This document shows positions 18,445 to 32,038 of a stretch of DNA of 64,000 bases, piece by piece. The translations under genes were made by a program, and so were the position numbers. The DNA comes from an uncultured Chloroflexia bacterium. Its GTDB lineage: Bacteria > Chloroflexota > Limnocylindria > Limnocylindrales > CSP1-4. Under the pieces are notes generated by a model, which was given only the letters and a program-made list of their open reading frames with translations, ran no database searches and was not told where the DNA came from. The DNA lies in assembly GCA_963752475.1 (NCBI GenBank), contig CAVVYR010000006.1:640001-704000 (forward strand), read 5' to 3'. Numbering within the stretch: position 1 is the first letter of the stretch; the number at the start of each line of letters is the position of its first letter.

Positions 18445-21256
18445 TCAGCGGAGGACGGGCGCGGGGTGCGGTCGCTCGAGGAGCCGCTCCATCTCCGCGT
18501 CGAGGTCGATCGCGTCCATCTGCTCGGGCTCGCCGAACCGACGTTCGGCCTCCGTGAGCTCGCGACGGACCTGCGTGGCCAGGAACGGCGGCAACTCCTC
18601 GTCGGCGACGATCGCACGGAGCATGCGCAGGCCGTCGAGATCCCCGCGTCGGGCCATGGCGCCAGCGACCGGGCCGAGGGAGTGGAGCTTGCCTGCTCGG
18701 TCGTCGGCATGGACCAGCTCCAGGCTGTGCAAGCCCCAGCGCTCGGCCTCGTCCGGGCGTTGCGATCCGAGGTAGGCGAAACCAAGTCGAGCGGTGACGA
18801 GGATGAGTCCCCAATGGTGGTTGATCTCGAGGAAGCCCTCGTACGACGCATGGGCGAAGTCGAGTGCCGCCTGGTATCGGCCGAGGCAGTAGGACGTGAA
18901 GCTGGCACGCGAGAGGGCATAGCCGACCCCACCGGCGTTGCCTGCGGCATCGAACTGGGCGAAGGCATCGAGGTGCAGGTCGAGCGCGGCTTCGTAGTGC
19001 TCCGCGAAGTCCTCCAGCAGGGCCAGCTTGGAGACGGCGAAGGCCGTCGCCAGCGGCTCGCCCAGCCCATGGCACAGTGCGTACGAGAGTTCGAACGCCT
19101 CGCGTGCTCCGGCTGCGTCGTCTGTCATCAGGCGAGCCCAGCCGAGCCAGGTCTGGAGTTCACCCCGCACCAGCCGATGCTCGGGAGCACGGAGCGCGGC
19201 ATCCGCCGACTCGAGGGGCTCGAGCGCGGCCCCGTTCTCGTTGCGATTGCAGTGGTCGATGCCAAGGACCATGCGACACAGGGCCACCTCCGTCGTACGA
19301 CCGGTGGCCTCAAGGAGCGGCAGGCTCGCCTTGACCGTGGCATCAGCCGCCTCGTTGTCATCGACGACGGCGTAGGCGAACGCGAGATGTGGTGCCACGA
19401 GGTGCTCGATTGGCGGTGCGGCTTCGTCGCTTGACGGCGTGGCTTCGCGCGCCGCCCCGGCGATCGCCGTCCACATCTCGACGGCGACCGGATCGACGCT
19501 CATGGTCCACAAGGTCGAAGCCGGCAAGAGCAGCGGCTCGACCTCGTCGTTCGGCCAGCGGCTGACGGCCCACTCCATCGCCGTCCGCAGGTTGCCGTAG
19601 TCCGGCGCCAGACGCGCTCGCGTCCTGAGCGAGGCGGACGATTCGAGCGCAGGGAGGTCAGAACGCAAGCGCTCGGTGAGCGCACGCGCGTGCCTGTCGC
19701 GAGCAGCGGCCTCACGGCCCGAGGCGCGGAGCTCGGCCTCAGCGTACTGTCGTAGCAGCTCATGGATCTCGTAGCGGCCGTCGGCGCGGCGCCGGACCAG
19801 CGAGCGGGCGACGAGGTCCGCCATGACGGCGGCGTCGGCGTCCGTGGTGGCCTGCGCCATCTCACGGTCGAAGTTGCCGACGAAGATGCTGAGCCTTGTG
19901 AACACGTCACGCTGACGCTCGTCAAGGAGACGCCAGGAGCCCTCGAAGGCAGCGCGAAGGCTGCGGTGTCGCGGGGGCAGATCGGCCGCTGACGTCTCGA
20001 GCAGATCGAAGCTGGTGGCGATCTCTTCGGCCAGCTCGGCCGCACCGAGGGTGCCCATCCAGGCGGCGGCCAGCTCGATCCCGAGGGGCATGTCGTCGAG
20101 CAGGTCGCAGATGCGCCGGATGTGCGGCCACTCTTCGTCCGTGATGGTCAGGTTGGCGGTCGCTCGACGAGCGGACTCCAGGAAGAGGCGGATGGGCGGG
20201 TCGGTGGGATCCGCTCCGCCCATCTCGGCGTCAGCTCGTCGGAGCCCGCCGATCTCGATGACCCACTCGCCGGAGAGCCCCAGGCGGCGGCGCGAGGTCA
20301 CGAGCAATCGCGTCGACGGTGCCCGCTGGGCGATCTCGGCGAGGACGGCTCCCGCGTCGTCGACATGCTCGACGTTGTCGACGACGAGCAGGCGCGGTTG
20401 GGATGCGAGGTAGTCGGCGACCTGCTGGTGGAGCGTGCGTCCGAAGCCGTGAGCCGCGTCGACGGCGAAACCGATCCCGTCGCAGATGGCATGGACCAGG
20501 CCATCTGCGTCATCGGCACCGAGGGCTGAGGCGAAGGATGTGCTCGTGCCCTGCGTATTCCAGCGCCGGCGGGCGACCTCAGCGGCCAGGCGTGTCTTGC
20601 CGGCGCCGCCAGGGCCGACGAGCGAGACGATGTGGGTCTCGCTGTCGGAGAGCCGCTCGATCGAGCTGCGCGAGCTCCATCTCGCGACCCACGAACGGCG
20701 TCAGCCACGTGGGCAAGTCAGGCTCTGATGCGTCGATCGCGCGCAGCGGCGGGAACTCGGCATCCAGGCCGTCCGCGAGGACGCCGAACAGGTGCTCCGG
20801 CCGCTCGATGCCTTGGAGGCGATGCTCGCCGAGGTCGACCGTGTCGACGTCCACGAGCGGCTGGGTCGTGGCCGAGAGCAGGATCTGACCGCCATGTCCG
20901 GCATCGCCGATGCGGGCACCACGATGGACGTCGAGACCGACGTAGCCTTCGTCGGTCAGCTCGGGCTCGCCGGTGTGGATCCCCATGCGCACCTTGATCG
21001 GCCCACCCGCCAGCCCTTGCTGCGCAACCACGGCCGAGGCCACCGCGCCCGACGCGCGTGGAAAGGCCAGCAGGAACGAATTGCCCTGTGTGTCGACCTC
21101 GCTGCCACCGTGCGCTGCGGCCGCCTCGCGGATGATCCGGCGGTGCTCGGCGAGGGCCTCGATGTAGGCGCCACGGAGCTCTGACAGCAGGCGCGTCGAA
21201 CCCTCGATGTCGGTGAAGAGCAGGGTGACCACGCCGGTGGGGAGATCCGAGCGCAT
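18445..21256 (-). pseudogene. Class III cyclase - STAND ATPase - TPR protein, single frameshift near 20660
   Basis: LFTDIEGST, RMGIHTG; after the shift GPGGAGKT, LLVVDN, LVTSR, PLGIELAA and TPR-like helices, continuous with ORF 18445-20307. Confidence 0.85.
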
Positions 21257-21273
21257 GAGTGGGGAGCCTCGTG

Positions 21274-22164
21274 CTACGTCCTGGTTCGTTTCCTCACGCG
21301 TGCCAGCGCCCCCTCCCAGCCGGCCTCGATGGGAGCGCCCGTTTCGTCGAGGTCGATGACGACCGGTGCGTGGTCCGATGGCGTGGGTGGACCCTTGCGG
21401 GCGTGTCGGTCGATCTCCGCCCAGACCACTCGGTCGGCCACGGGCTGCGTGCCGTAGAGCAGGTCGATGCGCATGCCCATGTTCTTGTGGAAGGCGCCGG
21501 CGCGATAGTCGTACCAGCTGAAGCGATCGGTCGCGGGCTGGACCGCGCGATAGGTGTCGACGAGGCCCCAGTCGAGCAGGGCCTCGAGCTTGGCCCGCTC
21601 TGGTGCGGAGACGTGCGTGGCGCCATGGGCAGCGCTGGCATCCCAGACGTCGTCGTCGGTGGGGGTGACGTTGTAGTCACCACCGAGCAGCAGGGCATCG
21701 GACGGCCTCGCGACCTCGTCGACCCATGCCGCGAGCCGGTCGAACCAACGCAGCTTGCCCTGGTACCAGGGCGAGTCGAGCTCACGGCCGTTGGGCGCGT
21801 ACAGGCTCGCGACGCGGATACCACCGCAAACGGCGCTGACCATGCGCGCCTCGGTCTGAGGGTCGAAGTCGTCGGCCGTGGGCGCGTCCTTGGTGCTGCG
21901 GCTGGCGCGCACGGGGCCGTCGCCGAAGTTCGTGATGGGCGACTCGATACCGACCTTGCTCGCGATGGCCACGCCGTTCCAGCGGCCCTCGCCGTGGTGC
22001 AGCAGTTCGTAGCCGGCCATGCGGAAGGGCATCTCCGGCGCGTCGTCATCGGAGAGCTTGGTCTCCTGCATCAGGAGCACGTCCGGCTGGGCGCGCTGCA
22101 GCCATAGCTCCACGGCTTCCATGCGGGCCTTGAGTGAGTTGACGTTCCAGGTGGCGATGCGCAT
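21274..22164 (-). CDS. xth: Exodeoxyribonuclease III
   Basis: MRIATWNVNS, QETK, YAPNG, GDYN, RID, SDHAP. Confidence 0.95.
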   Translation of the reverse strand: MRIATWNVNSLKARMEAVELWLQRAQPDVLLMQETKLSDDDAPEMPFRMAGYELLHHGEGRWNGVAIASKVGIESPITNFGDGPVRASRSTKDAPTADDFDPQTEARMVSAVCGGIRVASLYAPNGRELDSPWYQGKLRWFDRLAAWVDEVARPSDALLLGGDYNVTPTDDDVWDASAAHGATHVSAPERAKLEALLDWGLVDTYRAVQPATDRFSWYDYRAGAFHKNMGMRIDLLYGTQPVADRVVWAEIDRHARKGPPTPSDHAPVVIDLDETGAPIEAGWEGALARVRKRTRT

Positions 22165-22227
22165 CGAAGGGCAGGGTAGCCGCTCGCAGGTGCCTCCGGG
22201 TGTCGCCTATGCGACCCGTACGACGAA

Positions 22228-22250
22228 GGCCCGGCAGGTGTTGCCGGGCC
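22228..22250 (-). terminator. Hairpin downstream of nrdJ
   Basis: GGCCCGGCA-GGTGT-TGCCGGGCC. Confidence 0.5.
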
Positions 22251-22280
22251 GCGAGCGTCGTGTAGAGGGTGCGTCGTCCG

Positions 22281-25298
<3,018 letters not shown>

Positions 25299-25522
25299 GA
25301 CCTCTCCTCTCGAACGTGACGCGCCGACGACGACATCGGCGCATTCGGATGCTTCCTCTTGCGCCGCTCAGGCGACGCTTCCACCGACGCTGGGCAGTCG
25401 GATCACGACGTGGGCACCGACTCTTCCTCCCTGCACTGGGTTCGCTCCGGGAGGACGCTCCCTGGACCCAGCGGCGGTCGGCAGATTGTGGACCGAGGGG
25501 CTGGTGCCTGTCAAGCCCAAAA

Positions 25523-25571
25523 CCACTACATATTGGGGTCCGGCCCGCGAGGAGTACACAACATGTAGCGG
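25523..25571. promoter_or_regulatory. Two NrdR boxes upstream of nrdJ
   Basis: CCACTACATATTGGGG (25523-38) and ACACAACATGTAGCGG (25556-71) fit acaCwAyATrTwGtgt; next to a minus-strand TTGACA-N18-CACAAT promoter (25514-25485). Confidence 0.85.
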
Positions 25572-25695
25572 TTGGGCCCGATCTGAGGCCGACGCTGGGG
25601 ATGGACTGTGCATGGCGCCTGTGGACAGCGTGAGGACGAGCGCAACATGATAGAACAGGCGTTCGCTTCCGTCTACCTCCACGGAGCCGGGAGGC

Positions 25696-26703
25696 TCAGC
25701 GCGCGGGCGGAGGACCCGTTGTGCCGCGCACGTGGAGCCTCACGTCGAGCTCCACCAGACGGGGTGCGGCCGTCTCGTCACGCAAGCGCTCGAAGAGCAA
25801 CTCGATGGCTGCCGACGCCAGATCCTCGATGGACTGCGTGACCGTCGTCAGAGGTGGCGTGACATCGGCCCCGAACGAGATGCCGTCGAAGCCGACGACC
25901 GACACGTCCTCGGGCACGTCGAGATCGGCGATGTGGGCGGCGCTCAGGGCGCCGATGGCCATGAGGTCGTTCTCGGCGAAGACGGCCGTGGGGAGTGTGT
26001 CCTCCGTCAGCCACCGCTCCATGGCCGCTCGGCCACTCGCGGCCCGGAAGTCGCCACGCACGATGCGCTCGTCCGGCAGCTCGACCCCTGCATCCGTGAG
26101 GGCCGAGGCGAAGCCCTCGAGTCGCTGGGCGCTCGTGCCCAGGCCGCCCGGGCCGGCGATGACGCCGATGTCGCGATGGCCCAGATCGAGCAGGTGTCGG
26201 CCGGCCAGCCGACCACCCTCGTGGTTGGCTACCAGCACCTGCGAGACCGCTAGCTCATCGACCTCGCGGTCGACGACGATGGCTGGCGTCCCGCGCTCGA
26301 CCAGGTGGAGCAACCCTTCGGATGGCTGACTGGCCGCGACGAGGAGCAGGCCATCGACCTGCTTGGAGAGCAAGACCTCGAGGTAGCGCGACTCCTTGGC
26401 CCGGTCGCCATCGGAGTTGCAGATGATGGCGCTGTAGCCGGCCTCGAACATGTGGTCCTCGAGGCTGCGGGCGAGGTCGCCGAAGAAGGGGTTGGCGATG
26501 TCCGGGATGATCACACCCACGGTGTGCGTGGTGCCACGGCGCATCGAACGGGCCAGGGCGTTGGGGCGGTAGCCCAGCTCGTCGACGGCTGCCTCGACCC
26601 TCGCGGCGGTCGCGGGCTCGACCTTGCGCGTGCCGTTGATGACGTGGGAGACGGTGGTGATGGAAACGCCGGCCCGCTCGGCGACGTCGCGGATGGTGGT
26701 CAT
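25696..26703 (-). CDS. rbsR: LacI-family regulator (RbsR-like)
   Basis: TIRDVAERAGVSITTVSHVIN HTH, YRPNALARS, PPLTTV; divergent from ribokinase. Confidence 0.9.
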   Translation of the reverse strand: MTTIRDVAERAGVSITTVSHVINGTRKVEPATAARVEAAVDELGYRPNALARSMRRGTTHTVGVIIPDIANPFFGDLARSLEDHMFEAGYSAIICNSDGDRAKESRYLEVLLSKQVDGLLLVAASQPSEGLLHLVERGTPAIVVDREVDELAVSQVLVANHEGGRLAGRHLLDLGHRDIGVIAGPGGLGTSAQRLEGFASALTDAGVELPDERIVRGDFRAASGRAAMERWLTEDTLPTAVFAENDLMAIGALSAAHIADLDVPEDVSVVGFDGISFGADVTPPLTTVTQSIEDLASAAIELLFERLRDETAAPRLVELDVRLHVRGTTGPPPAR

Positions 26704-26737
26704 GCGCGGGCACGGATGGTAGGCGACGCGACGAGCG

Positions 26738-26796
26738 TTGACACGGCCATCCACCAAGGATACGCTTTCCGCAATCGGTTGCGCAAACGGTTGCGC
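26738..26796 (+). promoter_or_regulatory. rbsK promoter with tandem LacI operators
   Basis: TTGACA-N17-TACGCT followed by CGCAATCGGTTGCG and CGCAAACGGTTGCG. Confidence 0.8.
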
Positions 26797-26839
26797 ATCC
26801 CGGGTCGGGGCCAGGTAGGGGTATGTGATGCTGATGGAC

Positions 26840-27751
26840 ATGGGCGATCGCCACGCCGTCGTCGTCGCTGGTTCCATCAACGTCGACCTCATCGTGGGCG
26901 TGCCGGCGCTGCCCGGTCCGGGTGAGACCGTGCTCGGGGACAGCTTCATCCAGCAGAACGGCGGCAAGAGCGCGAACCAGGCCGTAGCGGCTGCCCGCGT
27001 CGGCGCGGCGGTCACCATGCTCGGCGCCGTGGGGGCTGACGATCTCGGCCGGAGCGCCCTGGCGGGCCTGGCCGCGGCTGGTGTCGATGTCTCACGTTGT
27101 CGCGTCATCGATGACACGCACAGCGGACTCGCGCTCATCGTCGTCGACGAAGCTGGCGAGAACCAGATCGCTGTGGCTTCCGGCGCCAACGCCCGCCTTG
27201 ACGCAGCCATGATCGAGGATGAGGCGGCCGGCCTCGTTCCAGGGACCGGCAGCGTCTGCCTGCTCGGCTTCGAGGTCTCCGACGAAGCGGTCCTGAGTGC
27301 CGCACGCTGGGCCGCTGGGCACGGACTGCCCACGATCGTGAACCCGGCACCCGCACGGCCGCTCTCCGACGAGCTGCTGGCCCTCGGGCCGATCCTGACC
27401 CCCAACGAGACAGAGGCCGCCATGCTCTCTGGTTCGGGGAGCCCTGAGGCCGCCGCGGCCATGCTCTCCGAACGTAGTGGGGCTCCGGTGATCGTCACGC
27501 TGGGAGGGGACGGAGCCCTGCTCTACGAGTCGGGCCGCTCCGAGCGACTGCCGGTGCTGAAGGTCGAGCCGGTCGACACCACCGGGGCAGGTGATGCTCT
27601 CAACGGCATCCTCGCGGCCGAGCTGGCCCGAGGTGCGGAGCTGCGCGAAGCCCTGCGCTGGGCCATGGCCGGCGCGTCCATCAAGACCACCATCTCGGGT
27701 GCCCAGGCCGGGCTGCCCTCCCGCGAGGCCATCGCCCGGCAGCTCGCTTAG
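26840..27751 (+). CDS. rbsK: Ribokinase
   Basis: GSINVD, GGKSANQA, GENQI, NPAP, PNETE, DTTGAGD. Confidence 0.93.
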   Translation: MGDRHAVVVAGSINVDLIVGVPALPGPGETVLGDSFIQQNGGKSANQAVAAARVGAAVTMLGAVGADDLGRSALAGLAAAGVDVSRCRVIDDTHSGLALIVVDEAGENQIAVASGANARLDAAMIEDEAAGLVPGTGSVCLLGFEVSDEAVLSAARWAAGHGLPTIVNPAPARPLSDELLALGPILTPNETEAAMLSGSGSPEAAAAMLSERSGAPVIVTLGGDGALLYESGRSERLPVLKVEPVDTTGAGDALNGILAAELARGAELREALRWAMAGASIKTTISGAQAGLPSREAIARQLA

Positions 27752-27980
27752 GCTCGATCCCGGCGAGTGGCCTGACCGTTCACCGATGACGAGCCCTCGC
27801 CGCAGCCCTCCCCGCAGCTCAAGCGGCTATCCCAAGGTGGCTGAACTCGACGTCATCGACAAGGAAGTGCTGCATCTCAGCCTCCAGCAGGCTCGGATCG
27901 TCAGTCCCAGTCTCCAACGGGCTGAGACTGAACACTCACAGCCGCCGATCGGTTGTGTTCAGCCGGCAGGGGATAGCGAA

Positions 27981-28046
27981 GCACCGAGCAGCCGATGCCG
28001 CCGACGGCACTGAGCAGCCGATGCCGCCGACGGCACTGAGCAGCCG
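27981..28046. repeat. 26-bp tandem repeat, about 2.5 copies
   Basis: GCAC(C/T)GAGCAGCCGATGCCGCCGACG x2 plus a 14-nt partial copy. Confidence 0.9.
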
Positions 28047-28087
28047 CGGCGACCGGCTGGGCCTCCGGCCCGATCCGCGATTCGGCG

Positions 28088-28148
28088 TTGACTTGCTTTC
28101 ACTGCAGGCGTAGACTTCGGCGCGTAAACGGTTGCGCAAACGGTTGCG
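28088..28148 (+). promoter_or_regulatory. Sugar ABC promoter with tandem LacI operators
   Basis: TTGACT-N17-TAGACT then CGTAAACGGTTGCG and CGCAAACGGTTGCG. Confidence 0.8.
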
Positions 28149-28231
28149 CGCCTGTCTCGGTGGTTCGCTGTGTCGACACATCATCGAGAGCCGCAGGGCC
28201 CTGGAGGGGGCCGAAAGGGAGGATTCACCAA

Positions 28232-29260
28232 ATGGTTGGAATCACCAACAACCGCTGGCTGGCAACGGGCCTGAGCACCTTGATGGCTGCTGGTCTGGCC
28301 GTCGGTGCGAGCACCGTGGCCGTGGCCCAGGACGAGGAGTGCCCGGCGGCCGAAGTCACCGGTGTGCTGCCTGACCTGACCGATGAGCTGGGCTACACGC
28401 CCAAGGTCGGCCTGGTCATGAAGTCGCTGGCGAACCAGTTCTTCCAGCAGATGGACGACGGCGCCAAGGCCTTCGCCGCCGAGAACACCGATCTCTTCGA
28501 GTTCCAGACCGTGGGCATGCAGGACGAGCGTGATTTCGCCGCCCAGGTCGCGGCCGTCGAGAACTACATCACCCAGCAGTTCGACGTCATCGTCATCGCC
28601 CCGGCCGACTCCAAGGCCATGGTCGAGCCCATCAAGGAGGCGCTCGACGCCGGCATCAAGGTCGTGAACATCGACGTCGCACTCGACCAGGACGCCATGG
28701 CCGATGCGGGTATCGACCTCGCATTCTTCGGCCCGGACAACCGCCTCGGCGCCAAGATGGCCGGCGACGCGCTGGCCGCATCCCTGGGCGAGGGCGCCAA
28801 CGTGGTCATCCTCGAGGGCAACCCCGAGGCCGACAACGGCAACCAGCGCCGCATGGGCTTCGAGGACGCGGTCGCAGAGGGCGGCCTCAACCTGCTGGAC
28901 TCCCGCACCGCCAACTGGGAGACCGAGCAAGCCAACCAGCTGATGACCACCTTCCTGACCCAGTACCCCGACATCCAGGGGGTCATGGCTGCCAACGACA
29001 GCATGGCTCTCGGTGTGGCCGCAGCCCTCGACGCCGAGGGCAAGACCGGTGAGATCGAGGTCGTCGGCTTCGACAACATCCCGGCCGTACGCCCGCTCAT
29101 CGCTGATGGAACCATGCTGGCCACCATCGAGCAGTACGGTTCGGATATGGCAGTCTTCGGTATCGAGATGGGCCTGCGCGAGCTGGCCGGAGAGGAGTTC
29201 TGCGGCTGGCAGTTGACCCCCATCGACCTGATCACCGCTGAGAACGTCGTCGTCGAATAA
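28232..29260 (+). CDS. Monosaccharide (ribose-type) ABC substrate-binding protein
   Basis: Signal peptide, KSLANQFF, PADS, AANDSMALG, VVGFD; GGGAGG RBS. Confidence 0.9.
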   Translation: MVGITNNRWLATGLSTLMAAGLAVGASTVAVAQDEECPAAEVTGVLPDLTDELGYTPKVGLVMKSLANQFFQQMDDGAKAFAAENTDLFEFQTVGMQDERDFAAQVAAVENYITQQFDVIVIAPADSKAMVEPIKEALDAGIKVVNIDVALDQDAMADAGIDLAFFGPDNRLGAKMAGDALAASLGEGANVVILEGNPEADNGNQRRMGFEDAVAEGGLNLLDSRTANWETEQANQLMTTFLTQYPDIQGVMAANDSMALGVAAALDAEGKTGEIEVVGFDNIPAVRPLIADGTMLATIEQYGSDMAVFGIEMGLRELAGEEFCGWQLTPIDLITAENVVVE

Positions 29261-29280
29261 GGCGCTGACGTAGAAGTCCA

Positions 29281-29315
29281 GGGGTCAGCCGTTGGCCTCC
29301 TCCGACGGCTGACCC
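29281..29315 (+). terminator. Intra-operon hairpin after SBP gene
   Basis: GGGTCAGCCGTTGG...CCGACGGCTGACCC followed by TTCTCTT. Confidence 0.65.
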
Positions 29316-29353
29316 TTCTCTTGCACTCGCGACCAAGACTTGCGGAGCTGGCC

Positions 29354-30967
29354 ATGAGCGGACCCACGAGCGACGCCACGATCACGGCCGAGACCATGGC
29401 CGCGCCCGTCGCGTCTCCCGCGGACGCACCCATCATCGAGGTACGCGAGGTCTCCAAGGAGTTCCCGGGCGTCCTCGCGCTCGACAGGGTCAGCCTGACC
29501 GTCTTCTCGGGTGAGGTCCACGCCCTGGTCGGCGAGAACGGTGCCGGCAAGTCGACGCTGGTCAAGGTGCTCTCCGGCGTCCAGAAGCCCGATGGCGGTG
29601 AGATGCTGCTCAACGGCCAGCGCTACCTCGCGCACGATCCGAAGGAGGCCATCGACGCCGGTATCCGGGTCGTGTACCAGGAGCTCAATCTCCTGACCTA
29701 CCTGACCGTCGAGGAGAACCTGTCGTTCGAGTCGTTGCCCAGCAATCACGGCCTCGTCGACAGGCGGGTGATGCGCGAGCGAGCCGAGCGCTTGATGGCC
29801 GACGTCGGATTGGACGTCCCGCCCAACGCCACGGTCGAGGACCTCGGCATCGCACAGATGCAGATGGTCGAGATCGCCCGCGCGCTCCTGACCGAGGCCA
29901 AGCTGCTCATCCTCGACGAACCCACGGCCACACTGACGCCGCGCGAGACAGACCAGCTCTTCAGCATCATCCGCAAGCTGGCTGGACAAGGCATCGGCAT
30001 CCTCTTCATCAGCCACCATCTCGACGAGGTGAAGGAGATCGGTGACCGCGTCACCGTCCTCCGCAACGGTCAGTGGGTCGCGACGGAGGACGTCGCCGAT
30101 GTGTCCGTGCCCCAGATCATCGAGCTGATGGTGGGGCGGGCCATGACCGAGGCTTACCCCTTCCGGCCGTCGGTCGAGCTGGGTAGCGAACTGCTCACCG
30201 TCGAGGACTTGAGCTACCGCGGCAATCTCGAGCCGGTCTCGCTGCAGCTGCATGAAGGCGAGATCCTGGGCGTGGCCGGCCTCGTGGGCTCTGGGCGGAC
30301 TGAGGCCATGCGTGCCATCTTCGGCGCTGACAAGGCCGCCACAGGCGTCATCAAGGTCGAGGGCGAGGTGGTCCGCATCACCGAGCCCAGCGATGCGGTT
30401 GCGGCCGGCATCTGCCTGCTCACCGAGGACCGCAAGACACAAGGCCTGATGCTGGACATGGGCGTGGCCCAGAATACGACCATCACCAAGCTTGAAGCTG
30501 TCACCAAGCGCGGCCTGCTCCAAACCCGTGACGAAGCCGCGGCTTCTCAAGCGCTGATCGACGCGCTCAGCATCAAGGCGCAATCCCCGGCCCAGCTGGC
30601 GCGGTACCTCTCGGGCGGCAACCAGCAGAAGGTCGTGGTGGCCAAGTGGCTCTTCGCAGAGTCACGCATCCTCATCTTCGATGAGCCCACGCGCGGCATC
30701 GATGTCGGCGCCAAGTTCGAGATCCACAACCTCATCTGGGACCTCGTCGAGGCCGGCAAAGGCGCCATCGTGGTCTCATCGGACCTGCCGGAACTGCTGG
30801 GCATCTGCCACCGCATCATCGTCTTCAGCAAGGGCGCCATCGTCGGTGAAGTGCTGCGTGAGCAGTTCAGCGAGAAGGCCGTGCTCGAGTTGGCCTACAA
30901 GAACTACCTTGACCCGGCGACCGCCGCCGCCCGAGCCAGCCAAGCCACGACAGGAGAGACGGCATGA
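29354..30967 (+). CDS. rbsA: Monosaccharide ABC ATPase (RbsA-like)
   Basis: GENGAGKSTL, DEPT, LSGGNQQKV, DEPTRGIDVGAK. Confidence 0.9.
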   Translation: MSGPTSDATITAETMAAPVASPADAPIIEVREVSKEFPGVLALDRVSLTVFSGEVHALVGENGAGKSTLVKVLSGVQKPDGGEMLLNGQRYLAHDPKEAIDAGIRVVYQELNLLTYLTVEENLSFESLPSNHGLVDRRVMRERAERLMADVGLDVPPNATVEDLGIAQMQMVEIARALLTEAKLLILDEPTATLTPRETDQLFSIIRKLAGQGIGILFISHHLDEVKEIGDRVTVLRNGQWVATEDVADVSVPQIIELMVGRAMTEAYPFRPSVELGSELLTVEDLSYRGNLEPVSLQLHEGEILGVAGLVGSGRTEAMRAIFGADKAATGVIKVEGEVVRITEPSDAVAAGICLLTEDRKTQGLMLDMGVAQNTTITKLEAVTKRGLLQTRDEAAASQALIDALSIKAQSPAQLARYLSGGNQQKVVVAKWLFAESRILIFDEPTRGIDVGAKFEIHNLIWDLVEAGKGAIVVSSDLPELLGICHRIIVFSKGAIVGEVLREQFSEKAVLELAYKNYLDPATAAARASQATTGETA

Positions 30968-32025
30968 GCGCAGCATCGACACCGTCCACGCCCCGGGGCG
31001 AGGGTCAGATGTCCTTGGCCAACCGTGCCGTCGCCTTCTCGCTGCGAGAGGCCGGCGTCGGTCTCGCCCTCGTCGTCCTGGTCATCCTGTTCATGATCTT
31101 CGCACCCTACTTCGCGACCAGCGACAACTTCACGCGCATGTTCGGCCAGGTGGCCATCAACACGGTGCTCGCGGTGGGTATGACCTTCGTCATCCTCATC
31201 GGCGGCATCGACCTCTCTGTCGGTTCGGTGCTGGCCCTGGCCACGGTCGTGGGCGCGACCATCATGGTCCCCGACTTCCTCGCCCTCTGGGTGCCGTTCG
31301 AGCTCGATCCGCTGGTCTCGATCCCGCTCGCGATCGTGGTCATGCTGCTCGTCGGTGCGCTCTGTGGCTTCATCAACGGCTTCGTCAGCGAGCGCTGGAA
31401 GGTGCCCTCGTTCATCGTCACCCTGGGCATGATGTCGATCGCCCGCGGTGCCTCGCAGGTGGTCAGCGACAACGCCACGATCAACGGCCTGCCGCGCCCC
31501 TTCATCGACTTCGGCAACATCCTCATCGACCTCGGGATCGTGCGCATCCCGGTCTATTTCCTCATCGCCATCGCCGTCGTGGCCGTGGCCTGGTTCGTGC
31601 TCCGCTTCACGATCTTCGGGCGCTTCATCTACGCCATCGGCAACAACGAGGAAGCGGTGCGGCTGTCGGGCCACAATCCCATGCCCTTCAAGGTCTCGGC
31701 CTTCGTCATCTGCGGCCTGCTCGCAGGCCTGGCTGGCCTGGTGTGGCTGCTGCGCCTGAATGTGGGCAGCCCCATCGCCGCGGTCGGCTACGAGCTCACG
31801 GCCATCGCCGCGGTCATCATCGGCGGCACCAGCTTCACCGGTGGCAAGGGTTCGGTCATCGGCACGTTCTTCGGGGTGTGCCTGCTGCAGGTGCTGAGCA
31901 CGGGTCTGATCCTGCTCGGCGTGACTGACAACTGGCGTGTCATCGTGACCGGCCTCGTGGTCATCCTGGCGGTCATCTTCGACACCTACCGCTCGCGCAT
32001 CATCTCGGGGCTGCGAGCTCGCTGA
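30964..32025 (+). CDS. rbsC: Monosaccharide ABC permease (RbsC-like)
   Basis: GGIDLSVG, PSFIVTLG, YELTAIAAVIIGG. Confidence 0.9.
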   Translation: MSAASTPSTPRGEGQMSLANRAVAFSLREAGVGLALVVLVILFMIFAPYFATSDNFTRMFGQVAINTVLAVGMTFVILIGGIDLSVGSVLALATVVGATIMVPDFLALWVPFELDPLVSIPLAIVVMLLVGALCGFINGFVSERWKVPSFIVTLGMMSIARGASQVVSDNATINGLPRPFIDFGNILIDLGIVRIPVYFLIAIAVVAVAWFVLRFTIFGRFIYAIGNNEEAVRLSGHNPMPFKVSAFVICGLLAGLAGLVWLLRLNVGSPIAAVGYELTAIAAVIIGGTSFTGGKGSVIGTFFGVCLLQVLSTGLILLGVTDNWRVIVTGLVVILAVIFDTYRSRIISGLRAR

Positions 32026-32038
32026 CCCGTGCCTTCGG

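Noticed and set aside
25300-25480. Cobalamin riboswitch before nrdJ
   Set aside because: No recognisable B12 box; regulation is explained by the NrdR boxes
25696-27498. 600-aa ribokinase-antisense/LacI fusion ORF
   Set aside because: The N-terminal part is the antisense shadow of rbsK; LacI starts at 26703
27981-28046. Possible mini-CRISPR
   Set aside because: Repeats are contiguous with no spacers and there are no cas genes
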